Source: Planctomycetales bacterium
GTDB lineage: Bacteria > 4484-113
Assembly (NCBI GenBank): GCA_037445915.1
Contig: JBBIJQ010000032.1
Span: 1 to 22,117 of the forward strand
DNA: 22,117 bases
Reading direction: 5' to 3'
Shown: positions 1-9,167 of the stretch, piece after piece
Position numbering within the stretch: the stretch's first letter is position 1
How the letters are laid out: each line of letters begins with the position of its first letter
The notes under the pieces: model-generated
What the model saw: the letters and a program-made list of their open reading frames with translations, nothing else
What the model was told of the DNA's origin: nothing
The model's database searches: none
Made by a program: the position numbers and the translations under genes

Positions 1-2
1 AC

Positions 3-617
3 TGCGGTGAGGTAAGCACGCACCTCTACGGCGCGTATGAATACGACTGGCTCATCTCTCCGACCATTGACCTCACCGGCGCAAACAGCCCGTTCCTGAG
101 CTTCTTCCACCGCTACGAAACGGAAGCAGGCTATGACTACGCGAAGGTTTACGCCACAACTAACTTGTACACCTGGGACTTGCTCGGCCAGTTTGACGGC
201 ACATTCAGCAGCTGGCAGCGCGTGGAATACAGCCTCTCGTCCTACAACCAGCCGGTCAAGCTGGCTTTCATGCTGCAAAGCGACCCCTATGTTGAGGGCG
301 AAGGTTGGTATTTAGACGACGTGATGCTACGACAAACGCCGGTCGTGCAGAGCATTACCCCCAGCCGCGCGCATATCGGACAAACCATCACCATCGCAGG
401 CAGCAGCTTCGGCGGCTATTATCCCGGCGCGCTTGTCCTCAGCGGGCATGGGGCGGTCACGGCGGGCGAAGTGACAAGCTGGACTGATACGGAAATCGTG
501 CTGAACGTGCCAAGCGGAACCACGAGCGGCAATGTGGCTATGTGGTGGCGAGACACCGGCGCATCCCTGACGATAATCCTGCCCCCGCCAACCCTTGGCG
601 GCGTGCAGCAATACTAA
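3..617 (+). CDS. 5'-truncated secreted/surface protein: bacillopeptidase F/InhA-type (MAM-like) beta-sandwich followed by an IPT/TIG domain
   Basis: Frame is open from base 3 (CGEVSTHLYGAYEYDWLISPTIDLTGANSPFLSFFHRYETEAGYDYAKV...). LISPxIDL...LSFxHxYxTExxYD...GWYLDDV is typical of the beta-sandwich in S8/M6 proteases. PVVQSITP...GQTITIAGSSFG...SWTDTEIVLNVP is an IPT/TIG pattern. Confidence 0.75.
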   Translation, partial: CGEVSTHLYGAYEYDWLISPTIDLTGANSPFLSFFHRYETEAGYDYAKVYATTNLYTWDLLGQFDGTFSSWQRVEYSLSSYNQPVKLAFMLQSDPYVEGEGWYLDDVMLRQTPVVQSITPSRAHIGQTITIAGSSFGGYYPGALVLSGHGAVTAGEVTSWTDTEIVLNVPSGTTSGNVAMWWRDTGASLTIILPPPTLGGVQQY

Positions 618-623
618 GCCGGC

Positions 624-1652
624 TTAATGCTCAACCTCGTTTAGGCTGGTTTTGAAGCCGGCTTGGACCAAATCGTGCAGGTGAATCATGCCCACCGGCT
701 TTCCCGCGTCGTCAACGACCGGCAGCAGGAATATCGGGCGCGGCTTGTGGTTCTCCATAATCTCCAACGCTTGGTAAGCCAGCGCGCCGTCCTGGATGAC
801 CGTCGGGGTTGATATCATGAGCTTTTCCGCGGCAGTGTTCATCAGCTCTTCAACCGTGCCTTCCCAGCGCTCCATCAGCCTGCGAACGTCACCGTCGGTG
901 ATTATGCCTGCGAGCTTGCCGTCACCCGCGATAATGCTCACGCCGCCTAGTTTGTAGCGCGTTATCGCCTTGAGCGCCTGGCGGAAGCTTTCGCGAGCAG
1001 CCACGCAGGGGTTGGTTGCTTCACCTTTTAGAAGGTCAACTACTTTGAGCGTCAGGCGCTTGCCCAACATCCCACGCGGGTGGATTATCGCGTAGTCTTC
1101 AAGCTTAAAGCCCTTAAGCCGCATCAGCACAACCGTCAGCGCGTCGCCAAGCGCCAGCGTGGCGAGCGCTGACGCGGTGGGGATAAGGTTGTGCTCATCG
1201 CTTTCGCGCACATTGCCGATGTGGAGGCAAACCGCCGCGCGCTGCGCGAGCTTGGAGTCGCGGTTGCCGGTGATGGCGATGAGCGGGATGTCTAGGTAAG
1301 AAAGCGTTGGCAGCAAGTCAAGTATCTCCGCAGTCTCGCCTGAGTTGCTCAGCGCGATAATAATGTCATCACGCGATACAAGCCCCAAATCGCCGTGAAA
1401 GCCCTCGGCGGGGTGGAGGAATACGGCAAGCGTGCCGGTGCTAGTGAGAGTGGAAGCGATTTTTTGCGCGATGTAACCGGACTTGCCGATTCCGGTAACC
1501 ACGACGCGCCCCTTTGCTGCCATAATTAGTTCAACCGCGCGCCCGAATTCATCGCCCAGCAATGCGGCCAAGCCTGCGACCGCCGATGCCTCGTTGGCGA
1601 TGGACTCGCGGGCAATGCGGAGTATCTCATCGTGTTTGTCCGGTGTGGGCAC
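624..1652 (-). CDS. kdsD: KpsF/GutQ family arabinose-5-phosphate isomerase (SIS + 2 CBS domains)
   Basis: GRVVVTGIGKSG, HPAEGFHGDLG, SNSGET, PTAS..ATLALGDAL, HPRGMLG, GIITDGDVRR and GMIHLHDL motifs; GTG start. Confidence 0.93.
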   Translation of the reverse strand: MPTPDKHDEILRIARESIANEASAVAGLAALLGDEFGRAVELIMAAKGRVVVTGIGKSGYIAQKIASTLTSTGTLAVFLHPAEGFHGDLGLVSRDDIIIALSNSGETAEILDLLPTLSYLDIPLIAITGNRDSKLAQRAAVCLHIGNVRESDEHNLIPTASALATLALGDALTVVLMRLKGFKLEDYAIIHPRGMLGKRLTLKVVDLLKGEATNPCVAARESFRQALKAITRYKLGGVSIIAGDGKLAGIITDGDVRRLMERWEGTVEELMNTAAEKLMISTPTVIQDGALAYQALEIMENHKPRPIFLLPVVDDAGKPVGMIHLHDLVQAGFKTSLNEVEH

Positions 1653-1658
1653 GGCCAG

Positions 1659-1667
1659 ATTATAACA
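1659..1667 (-). promoter_or_regulatory. Extended -10 (TGtTATAAT) of kdsD, 6 nt before the GTG start (leaderless)
   Basis: Minus strand reads TGTTATAAT-ctggcc-GTG; no Shine-Dalgarno. Confidence 0.7.
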
Positions 1668-1711
1668 GAGCCGTTTACCATCATTAGCGCCGGTCTGGAT
1701 TTCTTGAATCT

Positions 1712-1756
1712 CCTGAAGGGCCGGGGATAAACCAGCCTGGGGCTGGTAAGCCCCCG
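1712..1756. repeat. Degenerate REP-like palindrome in the divergent promoter region
   Basis: Two overlapping hairpins: ACCAGCC-TGG-GGCTGGT (1731-1747) and GGGGCT-GGTA-AGCCCC (1739-1754). Resembles the GGGGC..AGCCCC hairpins at 7554 and 9395. Confidence 0.4.
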
Positions 1757-1785
1757 CCCAACCTGACTATGAATTGATGTTCCCC

Positions 1786-1794
1786 TGATACAAT
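1786..1794 (+). promoter_or_regulatory. Extended -10 (TGaTACAAT), 6 nt before ATG 1801 (leaderless)
   Basis: TGATACAAT-acccac-ATG; no SD. Confidence 0.7.
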
Positions 1795-1800
1795 ACCCAC

Positions 1801-3942
1801 ATGGGAAAAGGGGCACACATCATTGCGTTTGTTGTTTCATTGGTGCTTTCATATGCGCTAGTCACTGCGCATCCGCTCGCTGCGCGGGCGATGGACACCG
1901 TCTTCTTGCCGGAGCAGGCCGAGCTGTTCAACAGCGCACTGGCGCAAATCGGGCTTACGCCAGGCGACGTGCGCATTAACAACGCCGACCTGAACATGTG
2001 GGGCGGAGACAAGTACCGCTTGAACGTGCACCGCTTCCTGTTTGATAATCCGTGGAAGACAAGCGCTTACACGCGCGCGCTTTCCAACGGGCTGCTCAAG
2101 CAGGCGGGCAACCTTCCTTCGCTTATCACCGGCGCTCACAGCAGGCTGGACTGCGGCGTGCGCCTCGGCCTGACGGGCGACCCGCTGGAGGCGACGAAAA
2201 AGAAGATTGAGGAGCTTGGCGACAAGGCACTGGCGAAAGCGCTGGCGGAACTCAGCGGCAAGCCCGCTGACTGGTATATGAGCAGCGAATACAAGAAGCT
2301 GCCGCTCATAGCGAACAAGGCAGCTGCGCTCGTGCTGTTCACCGTGCCCGATGCGCTGCGTTACCGCGACCTGGGGATGACACAGCCGATGCTGAAGCTC
2401 GGACTTGATCCAGAGCAGGTTTACCGCACCATTCTTGATTACTCAGTGACGACATTCGCCGAGGAAGAAGCGGCGGGCGTGGAAGGCACAGACGACTTGT
2501 CGCAAGTGCTGCTTATAGAATCGCTGCTGGACAACGTGGACTGGAACCTCATCAACACCGGCTCAACGCTGCTTGCGCTGGCACTGAACGATGCAAAGAC
2601 GATGCTCACCGCCGAAGGCGTGGAGATTCCCGACGGGCGCTTCAGCTACCGAATGGCCACGCCGCTTGGCATAGTCGCCATCAGCGGCAGCGGCACTGAC
2701 TATTACACCAACGCGCCGAACCTGCTCACGCTTGACCTCGGCGGCGATGACACTTACAACGGCTGCGCAACAAACTATTCTTATGCCGAGCCGGTGAGCC
2801 TGGCGCTTGACCTCGCGGGCGACGACAAATACATAAGCACTGACGAGGAAAAGCCCGCCTTCGGCGCAGGCATCTTCGGCACCGCGCTGCTCATTGATTA
2901 CGCGGGGAACGACATATACCAAATGGGCGATGCAGGCGAGGGCTGCGGCATCTTCGGCACCGGCGCGCTGCAAGACCTTGGTGGCAACGACTACTACGAT
3001 TCCTACGGCCACTCGCAGGGGCACGGCACCTTCGGCGCGGGCCTGCTCATTGACGCGGCAGGCAGCGACACCTACCGAACTTACAAGTACGCGCAGGGCT
3101 ACGGCTTCACGCGCGGATGCGGCATGCTCATTGACGGCGGCGACGGCAAAGACCATTACTACGCGAATCTCGTTGACCACTTTAACGGCGGGCTTTACGG
3201 CGCGAACCACCACGTGCATTTCGTGCAGGGCTCGGCGTTCGGCCGGCGCGCTGACTTTACTGAAGGGCATAGCTGGGCGGGCGGCTTCGGCATTCTCTGC
3301 GACGGCGGCGGCGACGACCTCTACGAGGCAGACTGCTACGGTCAGGGCAACGCTTACTGGTATTCGGTGGGAGTGTGCGTGGACAAGGGCGGCAACGACG
3401 TTTACCACGCGGGCCAGTATTCGCAGGCGTCCGCGCCGCACTTCGCAGTGGGCATCCTGCAAGACGAAGTCGGCGACGACAAATACGTCATCAGCATACG
3501 CCAGTCAATGGGCCATGGGCGCGACTGGTCGCTGGCGTGGTTTGAGGACGCGGCGGGCAATGACTGGTATCAGGGCGCGCGCACGACGATGGGCGTGAGC
3601 CACGTGAATTCCATCAGCGTGTTTTGGGACCGCCACGGCGACGACACCTACCTGGCCAAAGGCCCGGCGATGGGAATGAACGAGCCCGAGCCGAGCGGCA
3701 GCCTGCGCGACTTCCTGTTGATGCTGGGAATGTTCATAGAAGGCGGCGGGCATGACCGCTATTACCTGCTTCCCGGCGATGAAAGCTATGAAGGCTCCAA
3801 TACCTTTACCGGCGATTTCACGGAAGCAGACTTGACGAAGCTTACGCCGCTTGATTTCGCGGGCGACGGCAAGATCTGGGTTCGCAGCGCGCCGACGGCG
3901 GAGAGCCCCGGAAGCTACGGGGTGGGCCTGGATGCGGAATAG
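1801..3942 (+). CDS. Secreted hypothetical protein with ~12 DxxGxDxY Gly/Asp-rich repeats (probable Ca2+-binding beta-solenoid)
   Basis: 713-aa ORF with an N-terminal hydrophobic signal. Repeats DLGGDDTY, DLAGDDKY, DYAGNDIY, DLGGNDYY, DAAGSDTY, DGGDGKDHY, DGGGDDLY, DKGGNDVY, DEVGDDKY, DAAGNDWY, DRHGDDTY, EGGGHDRY alternate with QGxG..GxGxL strands. Confidence 0.85.
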   Translation: MGKGAHIIAFVVSLVLSYALVTAHPLAARAMDTVFLPEQAELFNSALAQIGLTPGDVRINNADLNMWGGDKYRLNVHRFLFDNPWKTSAYTRALSNGLLKQAGNLPSLITGAHSRLDCGVRLGLTGDPLEATKKKIEELGDKALAKALAELSGKPADWYMSSEYKKLPLIANKAAALVLFTVPDALRYRDLGMTQPMLKLGLDPEQVYRTILDYSVTTFAEEEAAGVEGTDDLSQVLLIESLLDNVDWNLINTGSTLLALALNDAKTMLTAEGVEIPDGRFSYRMATPLGIVAISGSGTDYYTNAPNLLTLDLGGDDTYNGCATNYSYAEPVSLALDLAGDDKYISTDEEKPAFGAGIFGTALLIDYAGNDIYQMGDAGEGCGIFGTGALQDLGGNDYYDSYGHSQGHGTFGAGLLIDAAGSDTYRTYKYAQGYGFTRGCGMLIDGGDGKDHYYANLVDHFNGGLYGANHHVHFVQGSAFGRRADFTEGHSWAGGFGILCDGGGDDLYEADCYGQGNAYWYSVGVCVDKGGNDVYHAGQYSQASAPHFAVGILQDEVGDDKYVISIRQSMGHGRDWSLAWFEDAAGNDWYQGARTTMGVSHVNSISVFWDRHGDDTYLAKGPAMGMNEPEPSGSLRDFLLMLGMFIEGGGHDRYYLLPGDESYEGSNTFTGDFTEADLTKLTPLDFAGDGKIWVRSAPTAESPGSYGVGLDAE

Positions 3943-3984
3943 GCGATTTGCGCCGCATAGGTATTGCTTCTTGTCGTGAAGTTG

Positions 3985-3990
3985 TATAAT
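3985..3990 (+). promoter_or_regulatory. -10 box TATAAT
   Basis: Perfect TATAAT in the intergenic region; predicted TSS ~3997-3998. Confidence 0.6.
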
Positions 3991-3997
3991 ACTTTTT

Positions 3998-4111
3998 GTG
4001 TGGGAGAAGGTTTGCACTTCGCCATCCGCATCCGCGCTCCTCACGTAGAGCCTGTAGCCTGTTTTGCGCTTACGCACAGCAGGCAATGGAGAACTGAAAC
4101 CTTCCGCGCCA
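3998..4111 (+). ncRNA. Candidate structured RNA or cis-regulatory leader (~110 nt, three-way junction)
   Basis: GAAGGTTTGCACTTCGCCAT (4006-4025) pairs with ATGGAGAACTGAAACCTTC (4086-4104), enclosing hairpins GCTC/GAGC (4036-4051) and GCCTGTT-TTGCG-CTTA-CGCA-C-AGCAGGC (4057-4084). Begins 7 nt after TATAAT. Confidence 0.45.
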
Positions 4112-4162
4112 TTTCCAACGTGTTTTCGTTTCGCGACCGGGTACTAATGATTGGGGTGCGCT

Positions 4163-4621
4163 ATGTACGCAACCGATAGTAACCTAGACCTTGCAATAGC
4201 CCTGCAGGTTGGCAGGCCTGTCCCGACTGCCCGCGAAGTTGTGCTAAGCGCCCTTCGCTTCGCCATCCACATCCAGCGCGTGCTGGAAAAGGTGAACATT
4301 GAGAGCGGCCCCGGGCTGCGCCTTATCGTGCATATGGAAGAATCCGCCGAGGCGATAACGGCTACTATTGAGAAAGCCCCATCCCAGCGCAATCCCGCCA
4401 AGGCTGGCAAGTATTACGCCGAAGTCTCGCAGCACGTCAACAAGATTCTCCACTGGCTCCACCAAATGGAGAACTCCGGCGGCATCCCGCAAAAAGACAT
4501 GCAGCATATCCGCGAATGTGGAAGCGCGCTTTTAATGAGCCTGACAGCCCTCTGCGATGAATCGAGCAGCCTTCCCAAGCGCAAGCGAGCGCGCCTACAG
4601 GAAGACCTTTCCGACCTCTAG
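4163..4621 (+). CDS. Divergent four-helix-bundle protein (23S rRNA IVP / Avd-like fold)
   Basis: Helical pattern LRFAIHI...ESAEAITATIEKA...KYY...KILHWL..M..SG.I parallels the family consensus FA..I...RSAxSIxANIxEa...YWL.LL..S..I. ATG at 4163 (TTG 4151 is an alternative). Confidence 0.55.
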   Translation: MYATDSNLDLAIALQVGRPVPTAREVVLSALRFAIHIQRVLEKVNIESGPGLRLIVHMEESAEAITATIEKAPSQRNPAKAGKYYAEVSQHVNKILHWLHQMENSGGIPQKDMQHIRECGSALLMSLTALCDESSSLPKRKRARLQEDLSDL

Positions 4622-4674
4622 CAGCGGCTTCTTCCTAGCAGCAGCAGTTGCGAAACCAGCCCAAGCTTAGGCTA

Positions 4675-4683
4675 TGTTAAACT
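4675..4683 (+). promoter_or_regulatory. Extended -10 (TGtTAAACT) of queA, 6 nt before ATG (leaderless)
   Basis: TGTTAAACT-aggcgc-ATG; no SD. Confidence 0.65.
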
Positions 4684-4689
4684 AGGCGC

Positions 4690-5820
4690 ATGGAAGAACA
4701 CGAACCCGCATACCCTCTCTCGCAGCTTGATTACGAGCTGCCGGATGAACTCATAGCGCAAACGCCGCTGCCCGAGCGCGATGCATCGCGCCTGCTCGTC
4801 GTCCGCCGCAAGGCAAACGCGTTTGAGCACCACGTTTTTACAGAGCTGCCGGACTTGCTTCCGGATGGAAGCTTGCTAGTTATAAATGATTCACGCGTGA
4901 TGAACTCGCGTTTCGCGTGCCTACGCGAGGGCACGGGGGGCAAGGTTGAGCTGCTCGTGACCTGCCTGCTCGCGGACGGGACGGCGGAATGCCTGACTCA
5001 GGCGCATGGGCATTTACAGCCTGGAGAGATACTTGCATTCAAAGGAGGCGTCGCATTTGAGCTACTCAAGCCTACAGGTGAAGGAGCGCCGGGGATAGTG
5101 CGCTTCATTCAAGACGGCAAGCCAACCGACGCAGCGCGCACCCGCGAGATATTGCAGATGGGCGAACAACCGCTGCCGCCGTACATTAAGGCGCCGCTGG
5201 CCGAGCCTGAGAGATACCAGACATCATACGCGCGCGAGCTTGGCTCGTCAGCCGCGCCGACTGCCGGCCTGCACTTCAGCGAGCGCACTTTTGCTGCGCT
5301 TGATGAAAGAGGCATAGGAGTGGCGCGCGTGACGCTGCACGTGGGCACGGCGACGTTCCTGCCTATTCGCGGCGATGATGCGGCGCAGCACAAGCTTTCG
5401 CCGGAGCCTTACAGCATCAGCCCGCAGGACTTGCGCACGATGCTCGCAGCAAAGCTCGCGGGAAGCCTGATAGTGGCGGTCGGCACCACCGCGCTGCGGA
5501 CGCTGGAATGGGTCTTTGCGGATTGGCGCGCGCATTGCCGCTGCATCAACCTGTTCGCGCCGGAAGACGTGAAGGCCGCGCCGGACGCGCTGCTTGCCGA
5601 CTTTTTTGAGTTGCAGGGAAGCACGCAGCTATTTGTTTTGCCGGGCTACCGCTTCAAATTCGTTGACGCGCTGGTCACGAACTTTCACCTTCCGAAGACA
5701 ACGCTGCTTGCGCTTGTATATGCATTCGGCGGGCGGGAGCTGGTGCGCAGCGCGTATGAGGATGCGGTGAAGAAACGCTACCGCTTTTACAGCTTAGGCG
5801 ACGCGATGTTGATACTTTAG
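4690..5820 (+). CDS. queA: S-adenosylmethionine:tRNA ribosyltransferase-isomerase
   Basis: DYELPDELIAQTP, RDASRLL, PLPPYI, YQT, SSAAPTAGLHF, VTLHVG, AVGTT, TNFHLPKTTL, YRFYSLGDAMLI. Confidence 0.97.
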   Translation: MEEHEPAYPLSQLDYELPDELIAQTPLPERDASRLLVVRRKANAFEHHVFTELPDLLPDGSLLVINDSRVMNSRFACLREGTGGKVELLVTCLLADGTAECLTQAHGHLQPGEILAFKGGVAFELLKPTGEGAPGIVRFIQDGKPTDAARTREILQMGEQPLPPYIKAPLAEPERYQTSYARELGSSAAPTAGLHFSERTFAALDERGIGVARVTLHVGTATFLPIRGDDAAQHKLSPEPYSISPQDLRTMLAAKLAGSLIVAVGTTALRTLEWVFADWRAHCRCINLFAPEDVKAAPDALLADFFELQGSTQLFVLPGYRFKFVDALVTNFHLPKTTLLALVYAFGGRELVRSAYEDAVKKRYRFYSLGDAMLIL

Positions 5821-5865
5821 CGAAGAAATTTCGCGCGGATCTGTTCGCGCAGGCGAAAGGTGCGG

Positions 5866-5871
5866 TATAAT
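5866..5871 (+). promoter_or_regulatory. Orphan -10 box TATAAT between the convergent queA and pepA genes
   Basis: Perfect TATAAT with no long downstream + strand CDS. Confidence 0.5.
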
Positions 5872-5877
5872 ATGAGT

Positions 5878-5934
5878 GATGGCGTTCCCATGTAAATCGC
5901 TGGAACGCAGGGGCCGAAAACGGCCCCTATTTTA
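5878..5934 (+). ncRNA. Candidate ~55-nt sRNA (hairpin + intrinsic terminator)
   Basis: Hairpin GCGTTCC-catgtaaatcgct-GGAACGC (5882-5908) directly followed by a terminator; starts ~7 nt after TATAAT. Confidence 0.4.
5909..5933 (+). terminator. Rho-independent terminator
   Basis: AGGGGCCG-AAAA-CGGCCCCT followed by ATTTT. Confidence 0.75.
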
Positions 5935-5960
5935 TTCTTAGGCGAATCCCCGAATCTCCC

Positions 5961-7430
<1,470 letters not shown>

Positions 7431-7495
7431 CAAATACCTCCTGGAGTTGAAAGCCCCCCGCGCAAGGCCGCTGCCCGCGCACTCCCAGCAGCATA

Positions 7496-7504
7496 ATGCT
7501 ACCA
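7496..7504 (-). promoter_or_regulatory. Extended -10 (TGgTAGCAT) of pepA
   Basis: Minus strand TGGTAGCAT ~65 nt upstream of ATG 7430. Confidence 0.5.
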
Positions 7505-7553
7505 CACCCGGGTTTCTGCGAAGCTAACGCAGTTTGAAGCAGGCTTAAACGGC

Positions 7554-7577
7554 AAGCGGGGCGCGTAAGCCCCGCTT
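7554..7577. repeat. REP-like / terminator hairpin
   Basis: AAGCGGGGC-GCGTAA-GCCCCGCTT, a 9-bp perfect inverted repeat downstream of the glyQS-lipoprotein unit. Confidence 0.6.
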
Positions 7578-7610
7578 AACCAAATCACATTTCATGCATC
7601 ACGGCAAGCA

Positions 7611-7784
7611 TTACTCGCCGGCCAGCGGATCTTCTCCGGCGCCTTCGTCGGTCGTCGCACTATTCGCCGGCTGCGTTGTTCCGCCGATGGCGGTGTCGTC
7701 CGCAGCCTTCTTGCACGAGGGCAGCACAAAGATGAGAGGCAGGATGAGAAGTCCCGCCAGGATAAAACCAAACAGCTTCTTCAT
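7611..7784 (-). CDS. Small (57 aa) lipoprotein with an acidic, low-complexity mature part
   Basis: GGAGG SD upstream of ATG 7784; MKK + hydrophobic stretch + lipobox-like LPSC; 13 nt after the glyQS stop. Confidence 0.75.
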   Translation of the reverse strand: MKKLFGFILAGLLILPLIFVLPSCKKAADDTAIGGTTQPANSATTDEGAGEDPLAGE

Positions 7785-7797
7785 TTTGTCACCTCCT

Positions 7798-9156
7798 TCA
7801 AACGAGATGGTATTCAAGCTGGTCTTCAATATACCGCCGAAGCGAGGATATTTCCACCCGCTCCTGCTTCAATGTGTCGCGGCAGCGCACGGTGACTTTG
7901 TGGTCTTCCTCCGACTCAAAGTCGTAAGTGACGCACCAGGGCGTCCCGATTTCGTCCTGCCTGCGGTAGCGCTTGCCGATGCTCCCCGGCTCGTCGTATT
8001 CGGCGGTAAGGTGCTTGCGCAAATCTTCGTAGATTCTCAGCGCAGGCTCAGCGACCTTTTTGCGCAAGGGAAGCACTGCCACCTTCACCGGCGCAAGCAG
8101 CGGGCTGAACTTCAGCACGACGCGCGCTTCCTGCTCCTCGCGGCCGCCTTCGCGCGCCTCAGCGCCGGTCGGGGCGGCGTCAACCGTGTATGCGTCGCAA
8201 AGCAGCGCCAGCATTATGCGGTCAAGGCCGGCCGAAGTTTCAATGCAGTAGGGTATGTAGCGTTCCTTGGTGTCTTCGTCAAAGTACTCCAGCTTCTTGC
8301 CGGAATGCTCCTGGTGCTGCGTCAAGTCCCAAGCGCCACGGTTGTGGATTCCCTCAAACTCCATCCATCCGAACGGGAAGTTGAACTCAATGTCGGTCGC
8401 GGCGGCGGCGTAATGCGCCAGCTCGTCGCTCCTGTGGTCGCGGAAGCGCAGGCTTTCGTCCTTGAAGCCGATTTTCTTATACCACTCGCGGCGGTAAGCC
8501 TTCCAATGCTCAAACCATTCGCTGGCGCTTTCCGGCTTGCAGAAAAACTCCATCTCCATCTGCGTGAACTCGCGCGAGCGGGCAGTGAAGTTACGCGGGT
8601 TGACTTCGTTGCGGAACGCCTTGCCCACCTGCGCTATGCCGAAGGGCACCTTCATCCGCGCCGCGCCGCGCACGAGGTCAAAGTCGGTGAATATCGGCTG
8701 GCAGGTTTCCGGGCGCAGGTAGGCTGTGTTCGTGTCGCCCTCAGCCGCGCCTACGAAGGTCTTCATCATCAGGTGAAACTTGCGCGCGTCGGTTAGCTGC
8801 TGCGCGCCGCACGCGGGGCATTTCGCGTCGCCGATTTCGTCGGCCTTGAAGCGCCGCTTGCATTGCTTGCAGTCCACCATCTCATCGGCGAAATGCGCGA
8901 GGTGGCCGCTCGCCTCCCAAATCTTCGGGTGCGTGACGATGGCGGAATCCAGCCCGACCACGTCCTGGCGCGCGTTCACCATGCCCTGCCACCAAGCACG
9001 GCGGATGTTCTCGCGCAGTTCCACTCCCAGCGGGCCGTAGTCCCAGAAGCCGGACATGCCGCTGTAAATCTCCGCGCTGGGGAATATGAAGCCGCGCCGC
9101 TTCGTCAGCGACACGACGTCGTCCATTAGCGTGCTGTTGGATGCGTTGTCAGCCAT
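7798..9156 (-). CDS. glyQS: Glycine--tRNA ligase, alpha2 (homodimeric) type
   Basis: KRRGFIFP, DYGPLG, WEASGH, YLRPET, FGIAQVGKAFRNE, REFTQMEMEFF, IETSAGLDR, GSIGKRYRRQDEIGTP. Confidence 0.97.
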   Translation of the reverse strand: MADNASNSTLMDDVVSLTKRRGFIFPSAEIYSGMSGFWDYGPLGVELRENIRRAWWQGMVNARQDVVGLDSAIVTHPKIWEASGHLAHFADEMVDCKQCKRRFKADEIGDAKCPACGAQQLTDARKFHLMMKTFVGAAEGDTNTAYLRPETCQPIFTDFDLVRGAARMKVPFGIAQVGKAFRNEVNPRNFTARSREFTQMEMEFFCKPESASEWFEHWKAYRREWYKKIGFKDESLRFRDHRSDELAHYAAAATDIEFNFPFGWMEFEGIHNRGAWDLTQHQEHSGKKLEYFDEDTKERYIPYCIETSAGLDRIMLALLCDAYTVDAAPTGAEAREGGREEQEARVVLKFSPLLAPVKVAVLPLRKKVAEPALRIYEDLRKHLTAEYDEPGSIGKRYRRQDEIGTPWCVTYDFESEEDHKVTVRCRDTLKQERVEISSLRRYIEDQLEYHLV

Positions 9157-9167
9157 GCGAAGAAGAG

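Noticed and set aside
4040-4085. Minus-strand GCGCAAAA...GCTACAGGCTCTACG loosely recalls a c-di-GMP-I riboswitch
   Set aside because: The GGCAAA P1/P2 entry and tetraloop-receptor spacing are missing, and there is no minus-strand gene downstream.
3964-4179. 71-aa ORF upstream of the four-helix-bundle gene
   Set aside because: TTG start upstream of the -10 box, no SD; the region is better explained by RNA structure.
4163-4621. Diversity-generating retroelement (Avd-like gene)
   Set aside because: No reverse transcriptase and no TR/VR repeat pair in the window.
5872-5910. GATGGCGTTC...AAATCGC resembles the 5' half of a fluoride riboswitch; preQ1 also considered because of queA
   Set aside because: No GCTRATGAC..CTAC 3' half, poor P1, no preQ1 A-rich tail, and no downstream gene to regulate.
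7431-7505. 25-aa N-terminal extension of PepA in the ORF track
   Set aside because: It overlaps the predicted promoter and leader; a strong SD supports ATG 7430.
7594-8796. 400-aa + strand ORF and other long antisense ORFs (2563-3462, 6426-7115, 16558-17358, 19932-20582)
   Set aside because: Shadow ORFs opposite well-supported genes in GC-rich DNA, with no recognisable motifs.
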